Below are positions 1 through 10,000 of a stretch of DNA of 64,000 nucleotides, piece by piece (position 1 is the stretch's first letter; each line of letters begins with the position of its first letter). The position numbers and the translations under genes are program-made. Source of the DNA: Calditrichia bacterium. GTDB lineage: Bacteria; Calditrichota; Calditrichia; JAJRVZ01. Location: positions 384,001 to 448,000 of the forward strand of contig CAWCNS010000009.1 in assembly GCA_963796965.1 (NCBI GenBank), written 5' to 3'. The notes under the pieces were generated by a model. That model was given only the letters and a program-made list of their open reading frames with translations, was not told where the DNA came from and did not search any database.

Positions 1-2
1 TG

Positions 3-158
3 TTGATCTCAGATGTTGTACGAGCGAAAGTCACATTAATGAGCTTTGTCATCGGTTTTATACCCGGATTAGCTGCAACAATCCTGGGAACTTCTATTTC
101 CGGTATCGGGATCTATAAACGCCAGACTTCGCAATTATTTAAGGAGTTGGAAGCATGA
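3..158 (+). CDS. ABC transporter permease (FtsX/LolE-like), C-terminal fragment
   Basis: Manual translation ...SFVIGFIPGLAATILGTSISGIGIYKRQTSQLFKELEA* gives a hydrophobic tail. Its stop overlaps the next ATG (ATGA). It lies upstream of a LolA-like gene. Confidence 0.65.
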   Translation: MISDVVRAKVTLMSFVIGFIPGLAATILGTSISGIGIYKRQTSQLFKELEA

Positions 159-892
159 ATCTTAATATTACCTGGCTAATCATCATATTTTCTTTTGTTG
201 CTAGCGCGCAAACCCCTGATGCAGATTGGATATTGAAAAAAATCGATGAGAATATGAGTACCAGCAATCGCATCTCAGAGGCTGAAATGATTATTCATGG
301 CCGGCGCGGAGATAGAACTGTTCGTTCAAAATCATGGATCAAAGGAACCGAAAAAGCATTTACTGAATATCTCTCACCGGCGCGGGAAAAAGGAACCAAG
401 ATGCTGAAATTAACGGAAAACCTATGGACCTATTTCCCGAATACCGACAGGACTGTTTTAATTGCCGGCCATCTTCTGCGTCAGTCGGTAATGGGTTCTG
501 ATCTATCATACGAAGATTTAATGGAAGATCCCAAATTGCAAAATCTCTATACTGCAAACATAGTAGATCAGGACACCCTGATAAACCGTTTATGCTGGAT
601 TTTGATATTGGATGCGAAAAATCCTGATGTCGCTTATCATACACGCAAAATATGGGTCGATCAGGAGCGGTTTTTAACACTTAAAGAAAACCGTTATGCC
701 AAAAGCGGTCGTTTGATTAAAACGACCGAGGTTAAAAGCACCAGACAGGTTGAGGATCGCTGGGTGGCGGAAAAAATCATTTTTAAGGATGAACTGAAAT
801 CCGGTGATGGCACTGAGTTTCTATTACTATCGGTTGAGTTCGATGCCGAAATTCCGGAATATATTTTCTCGAAAGCCAGTCTCAGAAAATAG
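155..892 (+). CDS. Outer membrane lipoprotein-sorting (LolA-like) protein
   Basis: Signal peptide plus the family motifs P-REKGTKML, LWTYFP, GSDLSYED and FSKASL. Confidence 0.85.
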   Translation: MNLNITWLIIIFSFVASAQTPDADWILKKIDENMSTSNRISEAEMIIHGRRGDRTVRSKSWIKGTEKAFTEYLSPAREKGTKMLKLTENLWTYFPNTDRTVLIAGHLLRQSVMGSDLSYEDLMEDPKLQNLYTANIVDQDTLINRLCWILILDAKNPDVAYHTRKIWVDQERFLTLKENRYAKSGRLIKTTEVKSTRQVEDRWVAEKIIFKDELKSGDGTEFLLLSVEFDAEIPEYIFSKASLRK

Positions 893-971
893 AGGGGCTT
901 TCTACGATCCAATAATAACTGCTCACGCTCAACATCTTTTTAAAACCGGGCCAATTTATTATCGATATAAA

Positions 972-3500
972 ATGAATCATCTGATTATTCCATTAAACAG
1001 TAAAAAAAAATCTGCCACTAATAAATATCTTGTTGGTGGGAAAGCAGCCAACCTGGTGAAGCTTAACCAACTTGGTTTTCCTACAGCACCCGGTTTTATT
1101 ATCACAACAGCAGTATTTCATCAAATTATTCGTCAATCCGGGCTTTCGATCCCAGCAGTGCTAGAAGAATTGGACACATCAGCCTATAACAGCCTTAAAG
1201 ATCATATTGTTTCCTCACCATTTGACTTGCGGTTTGAAAATAAAATCAGAAAACATCATCAAAAATTTGACGGAATGGCTGCTGTTCGCTCTTCAATGGT
1301 AGGAGAAGATCAGGCAAGCACTTCCTTTGCTGGACAGTTGGATACCTTTTTAAATATCCAAGACGAACAACTGATTGATGCCGTGAGGAAGTGTTATGCT
1401 TCACTCTTTAAACCGCAATTGCATAAATATATCTCCGGCAGACAAATATCCTTGATTTCTGAGAATGCCGACTTACTCTCGATGGCAGTGGTGGTGCAGC
1501 AGATGGTTCGGGCTAAGTATTCGGGAATTGCATTTACTGCAGATCCAATCTGCGGCCGTCGCGAAGTTATTATAGAAGCAAGTGAAGGAACCGGCGAAGC
1601 TATCGTTTCCGGAATGACGAATCCAGATCGTTACATTGTCAATGCAAATGGTAAGATCTCGGAAATGATACCGGTTAAAAATGATCAACCCATGCTATCC
1701 CATAAACAAATACTGTTTCTTGCCGAATCAGCAAACCAGATTGCCCGTCATCTGGAATTTCCACAGGATGTTGAATGGGCCTGGGACGGAACAGATTTTA
1801 TATTTTTACAGACGCGTCCTATTTCCACCCTGGTCGGAAAAGATATTTATTCAAGTAAATTAATGGCGGATATGTCACCGGGGTTGGTAAAGCCATTACA
1901 ATGGTCCACCAACACACTTGCCATGTCGACTCATGTATTTGGGCGTCTGTTTACAAAGATCATCGGCCCCAATGATATCGATTTTGCCAAGTCAATCCGC
2001 CTGATTCATTCACGTGTCTATGCCAATCTCACATTCTTTGAGGAATTGTTCCAAAAGATCGGATTACCCGGTAATTTTTTTGAAATGATTGCCAGAGATG
2101 AAAAGGGCCGGCGGCATCGGCCGAAACTGAACTTCAGAATGCTACCCATTATTTTGTTTAGATTTTTGCCTTTTATCTGGAAATATGCCCGCATTACGAA
2201 TCAGATGAATACATTTGTTACCAAACAGGATAATGCCCTTGATGCCTTCCGCAAATCTGATTGGACAGGTATCGGGACCACCGAAAAATTTAAGCGGCTT
2301 AAAAAATTGATGCAACTGCACAATGATGCACAATGGAGCATTATTGTTACCGCTTTGAATATGACTATCCGCAACACTTTATTAAAAAAAATGATTCGAA
2401 AACATGCACCTTCGGTTGAACCCAGTGATCTGATCAAAGGTTTAAGTGGATTGGAAGGACTGGAACCAAACAAGGAGTTAGACAAATTATCTCAGGATCT
2501 GCGTCCGTTGGGCGAAACTCTTATCCGTCTTTGTCTTCAGGAAGAAGATCAGAAAATCCGCCAGCAGCTGAGTTCTTCAACTGAAGGGAAAAGATTGATT
2601 AACAAATTTGATGCTTTTATGTCTAAATTCGGACACCTTAGTGCCAATACCACTAATTTTACCGAAACGTCCTGGATCGAAAATCCAAATTTGATTTGGT
2701 CGTTGGTGGGTAGTGGCGCTTTAAAAAAGAAACAGAATCATAATGAAAATACCGAAATCACCAGAGCGGCACGAAAAAATGAAGTTTTGAAACATTTAAA
2801 TCTCCCGCAACGACTCATTTTTAAGCGCCTTTTAAACTCAACCATTACTTATATGACCCTTCGGGAAAGATTAAGTTTATTACTTTCTGATGATACTTAT
2901 CAATTTCGACGTCTTATTCTTAGTCTTGCTGATGATCTTGTACGGAAAGGGATCCTAACGAAAAGGGATGACATTTTTTATTTGTTCTATGATGAACTTG
3001 AAAGCATCCACAAGGATGGCCCGCCGTCAAACAAGATTAGCACAAAGGTAAAGCAACGCAGATGGCAGATGGAACAGGACGCACAAATAATACCGGATGA
3101 TACTATCTGTGGTGATCAAATTATTAACCGCCCCCAGCTTAAATCAAGCACATCAGAATTTTTAACCGGAATCTGCGGCAGTTCCGGCATGAAACAAGGA
3201 TATGCTTATGTCGTCGAGAATCCAAACAGTGTGGAAAAGACCCTGACAGCAGAAGACATTCTGGTAGTCCCCTTCACCCATGTTGGTTGGACGCCCCTTT
3301 TTTCAAGCATCGGTGGTATTATCGCTGAAACCGGTGGCCAGCTTTCACATACAGCTATTGTTGCCCGGGAGTATGGTATTCCTGCCATCGTTAATGTCAG
3401 ACAGGCAATGCAAACAATCAAAACAGGACAACCATTGACCATCGACGCAGATACCGGCCGCATCTATTTAAAACATTTAGATTCAATAAAAGGAGATTAA
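972..3500 (+). CDS. PEP-utilising phosphotransferase with rifampin-phosphotransferase-like domain order (ATP-grasp, central substrate domain, His swivel)
   Basis: GGKAANL, VRSS..GED..SFAG, VVVQQMV and DVEWA..LQTRPI at the N-terminus; GGQLSHTAIVAREYGIP at the C-terminus. ATG 972 is preferred over 804, which overlaps the upstream gene. Confidence 0.85.
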   Translation: MNHLIIPLNSKKKSATNKYLVGGKAANLVKLNQLGFPTAPGFIITTAVFHQIIRQSGLSIPAVLEELDTSAYNSLKDHIVSSPFDLRFENKIRKHHQKFDGMAAVRSSMVGEDQASTSFAGQLDTFLNIQDEQLIDAVRKCYASLFKPQLHKYISGRQISLISENADLLSMAVVVQQMVRAKYSGIAFTADPICGRREVIIEASEGTGEAIVSGMTNPDRYIVNANGKISEMIPVKNDQPMLSHKQILFLAESANQIARHLEFPQDVEWAWDGTDFIFLQTRPISTLVGKDIYSSKLMADMSPGLVKPLQWSTNTLAMSTHVFGRLFTKIIGPNDIDFAKSIRLIHSRVYANLTFFEELFQKIGLPGNFFEMIARDEKGRRHRPKLNFRMLPIILFRFLPFIWKYARITNQMNTFVTKQDNALDAFRKSDWTGIGTTEKFKRLKKLMQLHNDAQWSIIVTALNMTIRNTLLKKMIRKHAPSVEPSDLIKGLSGLEGLEPNKELDKLSQDLRPLGETLIRLCLQEEDQKIRQQLSSSTEGKRLINKFDAFMSKFGHLSANTTNFTETSWIENPNLIWSLVGSGALKKKQNHNENTEITRAARKNEVLKHLNLPQRLIFKRLLNSTITYMTLRERLSLLLSDDTYQFRRLILSLADDLVRKGILTKRDDIFYLFYDELESIHKDGPPSNKISTKVKQRRWQMEQDAQIIPDDTICGDQIINRPQLKSSTSEFLTGICGSSGMKQGYAYVVENPNSVEKTLTAEDILVVPFTHVGWTPLFSSIGGIIAETGGQLSHTAIVAREYGIPAIVNVRQAMQTIKTGQPLTIDADTGRIYLKHLDSIKGD

Positions 3501-3502
3501 CT

Positions 3503-4240
3503 ATGGCATGGCATATAATTATTATAGCCCTTATAACCGGTTATTTTATCGGCTCTATTTCCATGGCCCGGCTTATTGCAGGTATCTTTGCACCGGGTAA
3601 AGATATTACCAAAACCAAAATCCATCTGGAAGGCAGTGACAAACCTTTTGAGATGGATATCGTCAGTGCCACCACAGTCTCAATTCAGCTGGGATCAAAA
3701 TATGGTTTTATCACCATGCTGCTTGATATGCTTAAGATCATACTTCCGGTTCTGGCAATTAAGTATATTTTTCCGGAGAGTCCCTATTTTTTAATCACGG
3801 CAGCGGCAGGAATGGTTGGTCATATCTGGCCTGTTTATTACCACTTTCAGGGTGGCCGGGGAATTTTGGCAGTTTATGGAGGTTTGTTTGCCATAGACTG
3901 GATCGGTGTCTTTGTTACCTCAATCAGCGGTATGATATTTGGTCTGGTGGTTTTGCGTGATGTTGTCGCCGCCTATATTGTGGGAGTTGTATTTATTATT
4001 CCCTGGTTATGGTTTCGGACAGAAGATATTGCCTATGTTATCTATGCGGTAGTTATAAATCTGATAATGGCCATTGCCATTATACCGGAAATCAAACAAA
4101 TGAATAAATTGAAAAAAGAGGATAACTGGGATGATCCGGTTGCTGTCTTTCAGGTGACAGGTATGGGACGTGGCATTATTAAACTGGCTAAAAAGATTGG
4201 TGTTATTAAAGATAAATCTAAAAAGGATCATAGTTCCTAA
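3503..4240 (+). CDS. plsY: PlsY-family glycerol-3-phosphate acyltransferase, divergent
   Basis: GYFIGSIS, LDMLK and GHIWPVY..FQGGRG motifs with multiple TM segments. Starts 2 nt after the kinase stop. Confidence 0.75.
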   Translation: MAWHIIIIALITGYFIGSISMARLIAGIFAPGKDITKTKIHLEGSDKPFEMDIVSATTVSIQLGSKYGFITMLLDMLKIILPVLAIKYIFPESPYFLITAAAGMVGHIWPVYYHFQGGRGILAVYGGLFAIDWIGVFVTSISGMIFGLVVLRDVVAAYIVGVVFIIPWLWFRTEDIAYVIYAVVINLIMAIAIIPEIKQMNKLKKEDNWDDPVAVFQVTGMGRGIIKLAKKIGVIKDKSKKDHSS

Positions 4241-4387
4241 TTCTATGGCTGCTCTCTTTCCAGGCCTTGTGATTACATGTATCAGTTGCTAAATTACTTA
4301 TTCTACATAGAATAGAAGATGAGATGCTGTTTGTTGATATCAGATTTTTAGTCTTAAAACATCTTAGATATAAGTTATCAACTTACT

Positions 4388-4798
4388 GGTAGTGTCAAAA
4401 GTTCTTCGAAAAAATGAAACCACAGAGGACACAGAAAAACACTCCGTGTACTCTAAAAGGATCTATTTATAGAATTAGCAGTGGAAAAATTATAATTTAT
4501 GATATGGAAAAACACCAGGATCTAATCCTTGCTTTACTTGCCATTTTCTTGTTTATATGAATAGAATGTGTGCAGTAAGAACTACTACCAATGAGTTTAT
4601 TATTAAGGGTGTCGTAAATGAATCAAACGATCGACTAAAATGAGGCTTTAATATTAAAATTTGAGAGTACACAGAGGGGGAGAACCGAATTAACTCGTTT
4701 AAGTCAATAAATATTAAAAATTTACTCTGTGCGCTCTGCCTGCCCCGTAAAGTCTGACGGAGTCAGATTAGTACGGGGTGGTTATTTTTTGCGCTACC
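4388..4798. mobile_element. Non-autonomous MITE-like element with 8-bp target duplication
   Basis: Imperfect terminal IR GGTAGTGTCAAAA / TTTTGCGCTACC. AACTTACT is repeated at 4380-4387 and 4799-4806. No ORF inside. Confidence 0.7.
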
Positions 4799-4820
4799 AA
4801 CTTACTATATAGGAGATAAT

Positions 4821-5621
4821 ATGATACAATTAAAAAAGAATTCAAAGCCTTTCGATTTTAAGGTTATCCCCTTTCTCCTTTTAGTCGTCCTGTTGATCTT
4901 ACCAACAGATCAATTATTGGCAGGATCTGATGAAACGCCACGACATTTTATTGCACAGTTGGAAATTGGTCCGGTCTGGCAGGGATTGAATGATGTTCAG
5001 ATCCCCAACGACCAGAGCGGTACCCGTTTTTCCCTTGTGGACCTGGTTGGGAATGGACCATTTCCTGCAATCCGCATTTATTTTACCTGGCAGATCAGTT
5101 CGCGACACAGTCTGCGCCTTTTATTGGCTCCCTTAAGTTACACTGAGACTGGATCATTTTCATCACCAACATCATTCGCTGGCCAAACCTATGCCCCCGA
5201 CGAATCCGTTGACGCTACTTATAAATTCAACTCCTGGCGTTTGACCTACGCTTATAAATTTCACAATGGTGAAAAATGGCGCTGGTGGATAGGTTTCACA
5301 GCAAAAATACGTGATGCCAAGATAAGACTGGAACAGGACGATATTTCCTCAGAAAAGACTGATCTTGGTTTTGTGCCACTTCTTCATATTCGCGGTGAAT
5401 ATCACTGGAGTGAACAATGGTGGGCTTTTTTCGATCTCGATGCCCTGGCCGGAGGACCGGGCCGGGCAGAGGATGGTACAATCCAGATCGGCTATAATTT
5501 TAACGAGAGCTGGAGTATATCTGCAGGCTATCGTACGGTGGAAGGTGGGGCGGATGTTGATGAAGTTTATAATTTCGCCTGGCTGCACTATTTGGTCATC
5601 AGTACCTTTGTGACATTTTAG
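4821..5621 (+). CDS. Putative outer-membrane beta-barrel protein
   Basis: Signal peptide, alternating amphipathic strands, C-terminal Phe and an AGGAG RBS. Confidence 0.7.
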   Translation: MIQLKKNSKPFDFKVIPFLLLVVLLILPTDQLLAGSDETPRHFIAQLEIGPVWQGLNDVQIPNDQSGTRFSLVDLVGNGPFPAIRIYFTWQISSRHSLRLLLAPLSYTETGSFSSPTSFAGQTYAPDESVDATYKFNSWRLTYAYKFHNGEKWRWWIGFTAKIRDAKIRLEQDDISSEKTDLGFVPLLHIRGEYHWSEQWWAFFDLDALAGGPGRAEDGTIQIGYNFNESWSISAGYRTVEGGADVDEVYNFAWLHYLVISTFVTF

Positions 5622-5800
5622 CCTTATAGTTAAGACTGAGAGACGCTATCATCCCAATTGGTATAGTTCTTTCATTAACTATTCGTATTAGATGATCCCA
5701 AAACTTATCTTATTCAGACAGGATAAGCCCAACAGAATCGGGATAATCCTAATTAACGCTTCTTATCTTTGTATCTTTTAGATACTATTTTGTTAAGGTC

Positions 5801-6100
5801 ATTTTTTTCTACCGCCTGAAAATAGGCACGGGCCGGTCAGTGGCCAACATTTGAATCCGCATATCCAGAATTTTCCCCCTTGTTTTCACTCTTCCAAACG
5901 TCGTTCCAAATATCACTATCACCAGGGATTGGCGGAAAACTCAGCGGACGGGGTGCACGTCCGCCCAAAATATTAAATATGTCATTTAAATCAACAACCT
6001 GCAGACCGGCACAGGCGTGCTAATCATCTGCATTATTGACATGTTTCCAGTTTGCGGAATCTACTGTAACCTTGGCTTTTTCAGAAGCCAGTAAACCCAG
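5801..6100 (-). pseudogene. Degraded Kelch-like beta-propeller gene fragment
   Basis: One frame reads NWKHVNNADD*HACAGLQVVDLNDIFNILGGRAP..PPIPGDSDIWNDVWKSENKG..GH*PARAYFQAV. It has Kelch-like ILGG...NDVW and [W]PAR motifs with two in-frame stops. Confidence 0.6.
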
Positions 6101-6366
6101 TAATTGAAAAATGTATTGTAAAAATTAAATTTTAAATTATCTGGAATGATTCGATATATTTTTTAGGTTAACAGTTATTAAATGTGATAAAAATGTCTAA
6201 AGAAATAAGCGTAATAAAAGATAAATTTAAAGAGGATTATGCCAAATAAACAAATGCACTTATTGTCATGTTCATTAGACCAAATAACAATGTCAGCTAA
6301 TAGTCGCGGAACCAATGAAAGTTGGAATAGTATGCCTAACGTATTTAAATATTATTCTGGAGAAAT

Positions 6367-7095
6367 GTGACTTTGTTTTTATATAAAAAGATCGTATTTA
6401 ACACCGTAATCATACTACTGATTTGCCTGGGTATTTTTGCCTGCGAGAGGAAAAGCAATCCGTTTTATCTGCCAGAGACAGAAATGGTTGCTGATGTTGA
6501 TAGCATTACAATTTTAGCCTTGGGTGATTCTTACACCATCGGTACCTCTGTTTCTGAAAATGAACGCCGGCCCAATCAACTGCGTGATTCACTTGAGGTA
6601 CGCGGTATTGCTGTGAAGGAAGTAGGCATCATTGCCCGTAATGGTTGGACAACCGCAAATTTGCTCGATGCTATGAACAATCAGGATATAGGATCTGACT
6701 ATGATCTCGTAGGATTGTTAATTGGTGTGAATAACCAGTTTCAGGGCAGAAACATAGATGAATATGAATATCAATTTCAACAATTGCTGGAATTAGCCCT
6801 AACTCTTGCAGATAGTGATTTCAAGCGTGTATTTGTTCTATCCATACCCGATTACAGTGTCACCCCGCGAGGTAGTCGGATTAATGAGGGTACCACAGAT
6901 CAGGAGATAGATGCTTTTAATGCCATAAATAAAAAACTTTCAAATCAATTTTCAGTGAAATACTTTGACATTACCACCATATCCAGAACAGCGAAAAATC
7001 AATACGATCTAGTTGCATCGGATGGACTACATTTTTCAGGAAAAATGTATGCGCTTTGGGTTGAATATATATTAGATGATATTTTAAAACTATAA
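6367..7095 (+). CDS. SGNH/GDSL hydrolase, lipoprotein
   Basis: LGDSY, GWTT, IGVNN and DGLH blocks; lipobox-like IFAC. Confidence 0.9.
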   Translation: MTLFLYKKIVFNTVIILLICLGIFACERKSNPFYLPETEMVADVDSITILALGDSYTIGTSVSENERRPNQLRDSLEVRGIAVKEVGIIARNGWTTANLLDAMNNQDIGSDYDLVGLLIGVNNQFQGRNIDEYEYQFQQLLELALTLADSDFKRVFVLSIPDYSVTPRGSRINEGTTDQEIDAFNAINKKLSNQFSVKYFDITTISRTAKNQYDLVASDGLHFSGKMYALWVEYILDDILKL

Positions 7096-10000
7096 AGCCG
7101 GCATTTTTGAATGAAAGTCATAGGTATCCAGATTAATATTAAACATCCAGTTTCGGCCAGCTTGTGTCACTAAAAGTACCAGCAGATTTTTGCCCTTTTT
7201 TAGATTTATAGGTATACGTGCCATGTTGTACTCGAACGCATGTTTTCGGAGATAGTCATATACAATTTCTCCGTTTAGCCAAACATTAATTCCATCGTTA
7301 TGTCCAATTCGTAATATGGTTTCTAACTCTTTATCGCAATAAATTTCGGAAGAGGCGAAAGCATAACAATTTTCGTTAGGCTTAAGTTGAGCATCAAGAT
7401 GCACCACACCTTCAACATCGATATCAGCGGGTTTCCAGATGATATCCTTATTACCGATGGGGTATTTATCCTTACCTTCTTCACCGATAAAACCTGGGAA
7501 TGATTGTGATATCACAAACTCTTTTAACATGGCCGGTCGTGGTGTCAATTTAAATCCTTCTATTCCCATCTTGGAATTATCGATCAGCTCCAGGCTAAGG
7601 GAATGTTCACCTTCTGTTAAGGCTGGAACATAAAAGTCTTTTTGCACGGGTACATAACCGCCCACATCGAGCTGGCAGTTGAGTATATCAATCGCTTTAT
7701 TGTCAACAAGAATCTTCGCACGGCCATACTCCTGATTGACAACTGCGCCGATGGTCAGGCGATAATCGGAATAGACATCAACCGAAAAGGGGAAGGTAAC
7801 TTTTCCTTTTTTTCCATCATATTCATAGAATACGCCGGGCCGTCCCATTGAAGATATGTTTCCCCATTGTTTCTCATGACCAGTCAAACCGTTATTCAAC
7901 TCGCCTATAGAGTAGATTTGCATATCTGGCGGCAATCCGCGATCCCATGGATTCACTGCCAGGTAAGGAGTAGCAGTTTGTGGATTGGGATAACGGGTCG
8001 TATTGCCATTATTATCGGTTGCTACAACACAATAAAGCACACCTTCGTAGGTAAGCGGTATCCGGGCAGAAAAATTTTCATTTTGCAACTGTTTTAAGGG
8101 GATGGGTTCCGCCCAGACTTGATCAGATGGCAGTGGTTTCCATTCAAGTTGGGCCTTGACTATACCGGAAGGATCATCAATCATGCATTCAATATGAACG
8201 TGTCTTTCCTCTTTATTTATTTCAGCTGATTTAATACTGATAACAGGTCCCTCGTCATCTGTATGAAACTTTACCTCATCGGGCTTTTTTGCTCCCTCAG
8301 AAGGGGTGGTAATTGTTTTACCATTAACTTCCGCAGAAAACCAGTATCGGAGGTAAGAACCTTCCAGGAGATTTTCTCCTGGAATATTACTCTCAAAAGT
8401 CCAGCGATTGGTCGATGAACATTTCTGAGTCTGGAGCGAGCCTGTTCCGATCTGATAGTGCAGGATTACATTTTGAGGCGTGGCACCAGAAATCCCACAG
8501 ATCAACTGAAGATCCTCTTGGGCCAATGCGAAAAAAACCGGGATATGACTTATTCGGGATGAATCTGATCTTTGGATTTTATTCTCAATTTCAGCGATTC
8601 GTTCAAGATCTGCCACCAGATCCGGGAGCACCCTACCCCAGGTAAAATTTTTGCCCATTCTTAAAGGATCACTTAAAGGCTTATACTGACCTTCTGTTAC
8701 TTTTGCCAGCACCTTCCAGTAAGAAATAGCCCTCTCCTGATGCATCCTCGCTTTTGTCACTTGCGATGGATCGCCCAAATGATAATAAAATTGCAACGCA
8801 CAGGCTGCCCGGTCTTTTTCAGCATAATATTGAGCAAGATTGCTTAATGCCTCTACATCATTAACCAATATGTTCCACTCATTTTTACTCTTGGATACGT
8901 CTGTCTTATTTAAATAATCCTGGCATTGCTGCGCTAGTGCATCAAGTCTGTCCGCCGCCTCTAGCGGTGTCACTTTTCCATTTACGGTATGATCCATATA
9001 GGCGTCAACATAATCAGCACAGGAAAGATGCGTTTGCGTATCCAATACGCCTGAATTTATAAAAGAATCAATATTCTTGATTTGCGGCTGCTTTGGTTTA
9101 TAATCTGTATTATTTCCGGTTTCGAATTCAGGTGCCATATTGCGATGGTCCGGTCCAATACAATGATGCTGGTAAATGAGAGGAAGAATCTGGCTAAACG
9201 TATTAGTGAGCCCGTAAATCTGTTCCCCTGCTTCCTCACCAAATCGTTTTTTAAATTTATGAATAAAAACACGTTCCGGTGTTTCTGAATCGTAAGCCAT
9301 ACGACCCCAGACGAGGTACCAGGCCCAGTACCGCTCGAACATGTAATCAATAAAATCCACTTGTTCAGAATTTTTAAATACCTGTGAAGGATCCTGAGTA
9401 TAATAGGCCGTGATCGGTTCTAAGGTAAAACCCACCGCATTACCAAATGTACTGGATTGAACGCAACGTTTTATAAATTCTGTATCGCACCAGGGAAAGA
9501 TGCGATGCGTACCATTTGTTCGAATCTGCCAGATAACTTTCCAGTAGCGGGGATAATTCAGATATTTTTCATAAGAATATGATCCCCAGCGACCTTGTAT
9601 GGCATTGTATGGCGCCCCCAGGTGTTCACCATTGTATTTAATTTCGATATAAAAATTTTCAGGATATTTCATTCCAATCTTGGCTAAATCTTTGAACTGA
9701 GCCAACCAGCTACGGGTATAAAGACGAACATTCTCCTTGCCGGATTCTGCAATACCAGCGAGAAAAGAACGCTTATAAAAGTCTTCACTTTTTCCTGATT
9801 CACCAATCCGAAACCCAAACATCCACAGTTTTGGACATCTTTTTAGAATTTCCGAGACCGCCCAACTGGTTTGTGCAATCATTTTATCCTCGTCACCATG
9901 GCTAATACCGGGGAAATCCAGGGCATAGTCCATCAATGAAATATGCACACCACGCTCTTCAGCCAGCTCAATGATCCGGTTTAGCATGGCCAGATTTTTT

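Noticed and set aside
804..971. N-terminal extension of the 898-aa ORF
   Set aside because: It overlaps the upstream gene, and kinase-like sequence starts after Met at 972.
972..3500. Calling the kinase ppsA or rph
   Set aside because: It lacks the PEP-synthase C-terminal barrel. Rifampin specificity cannot be inferred from domain order alone.
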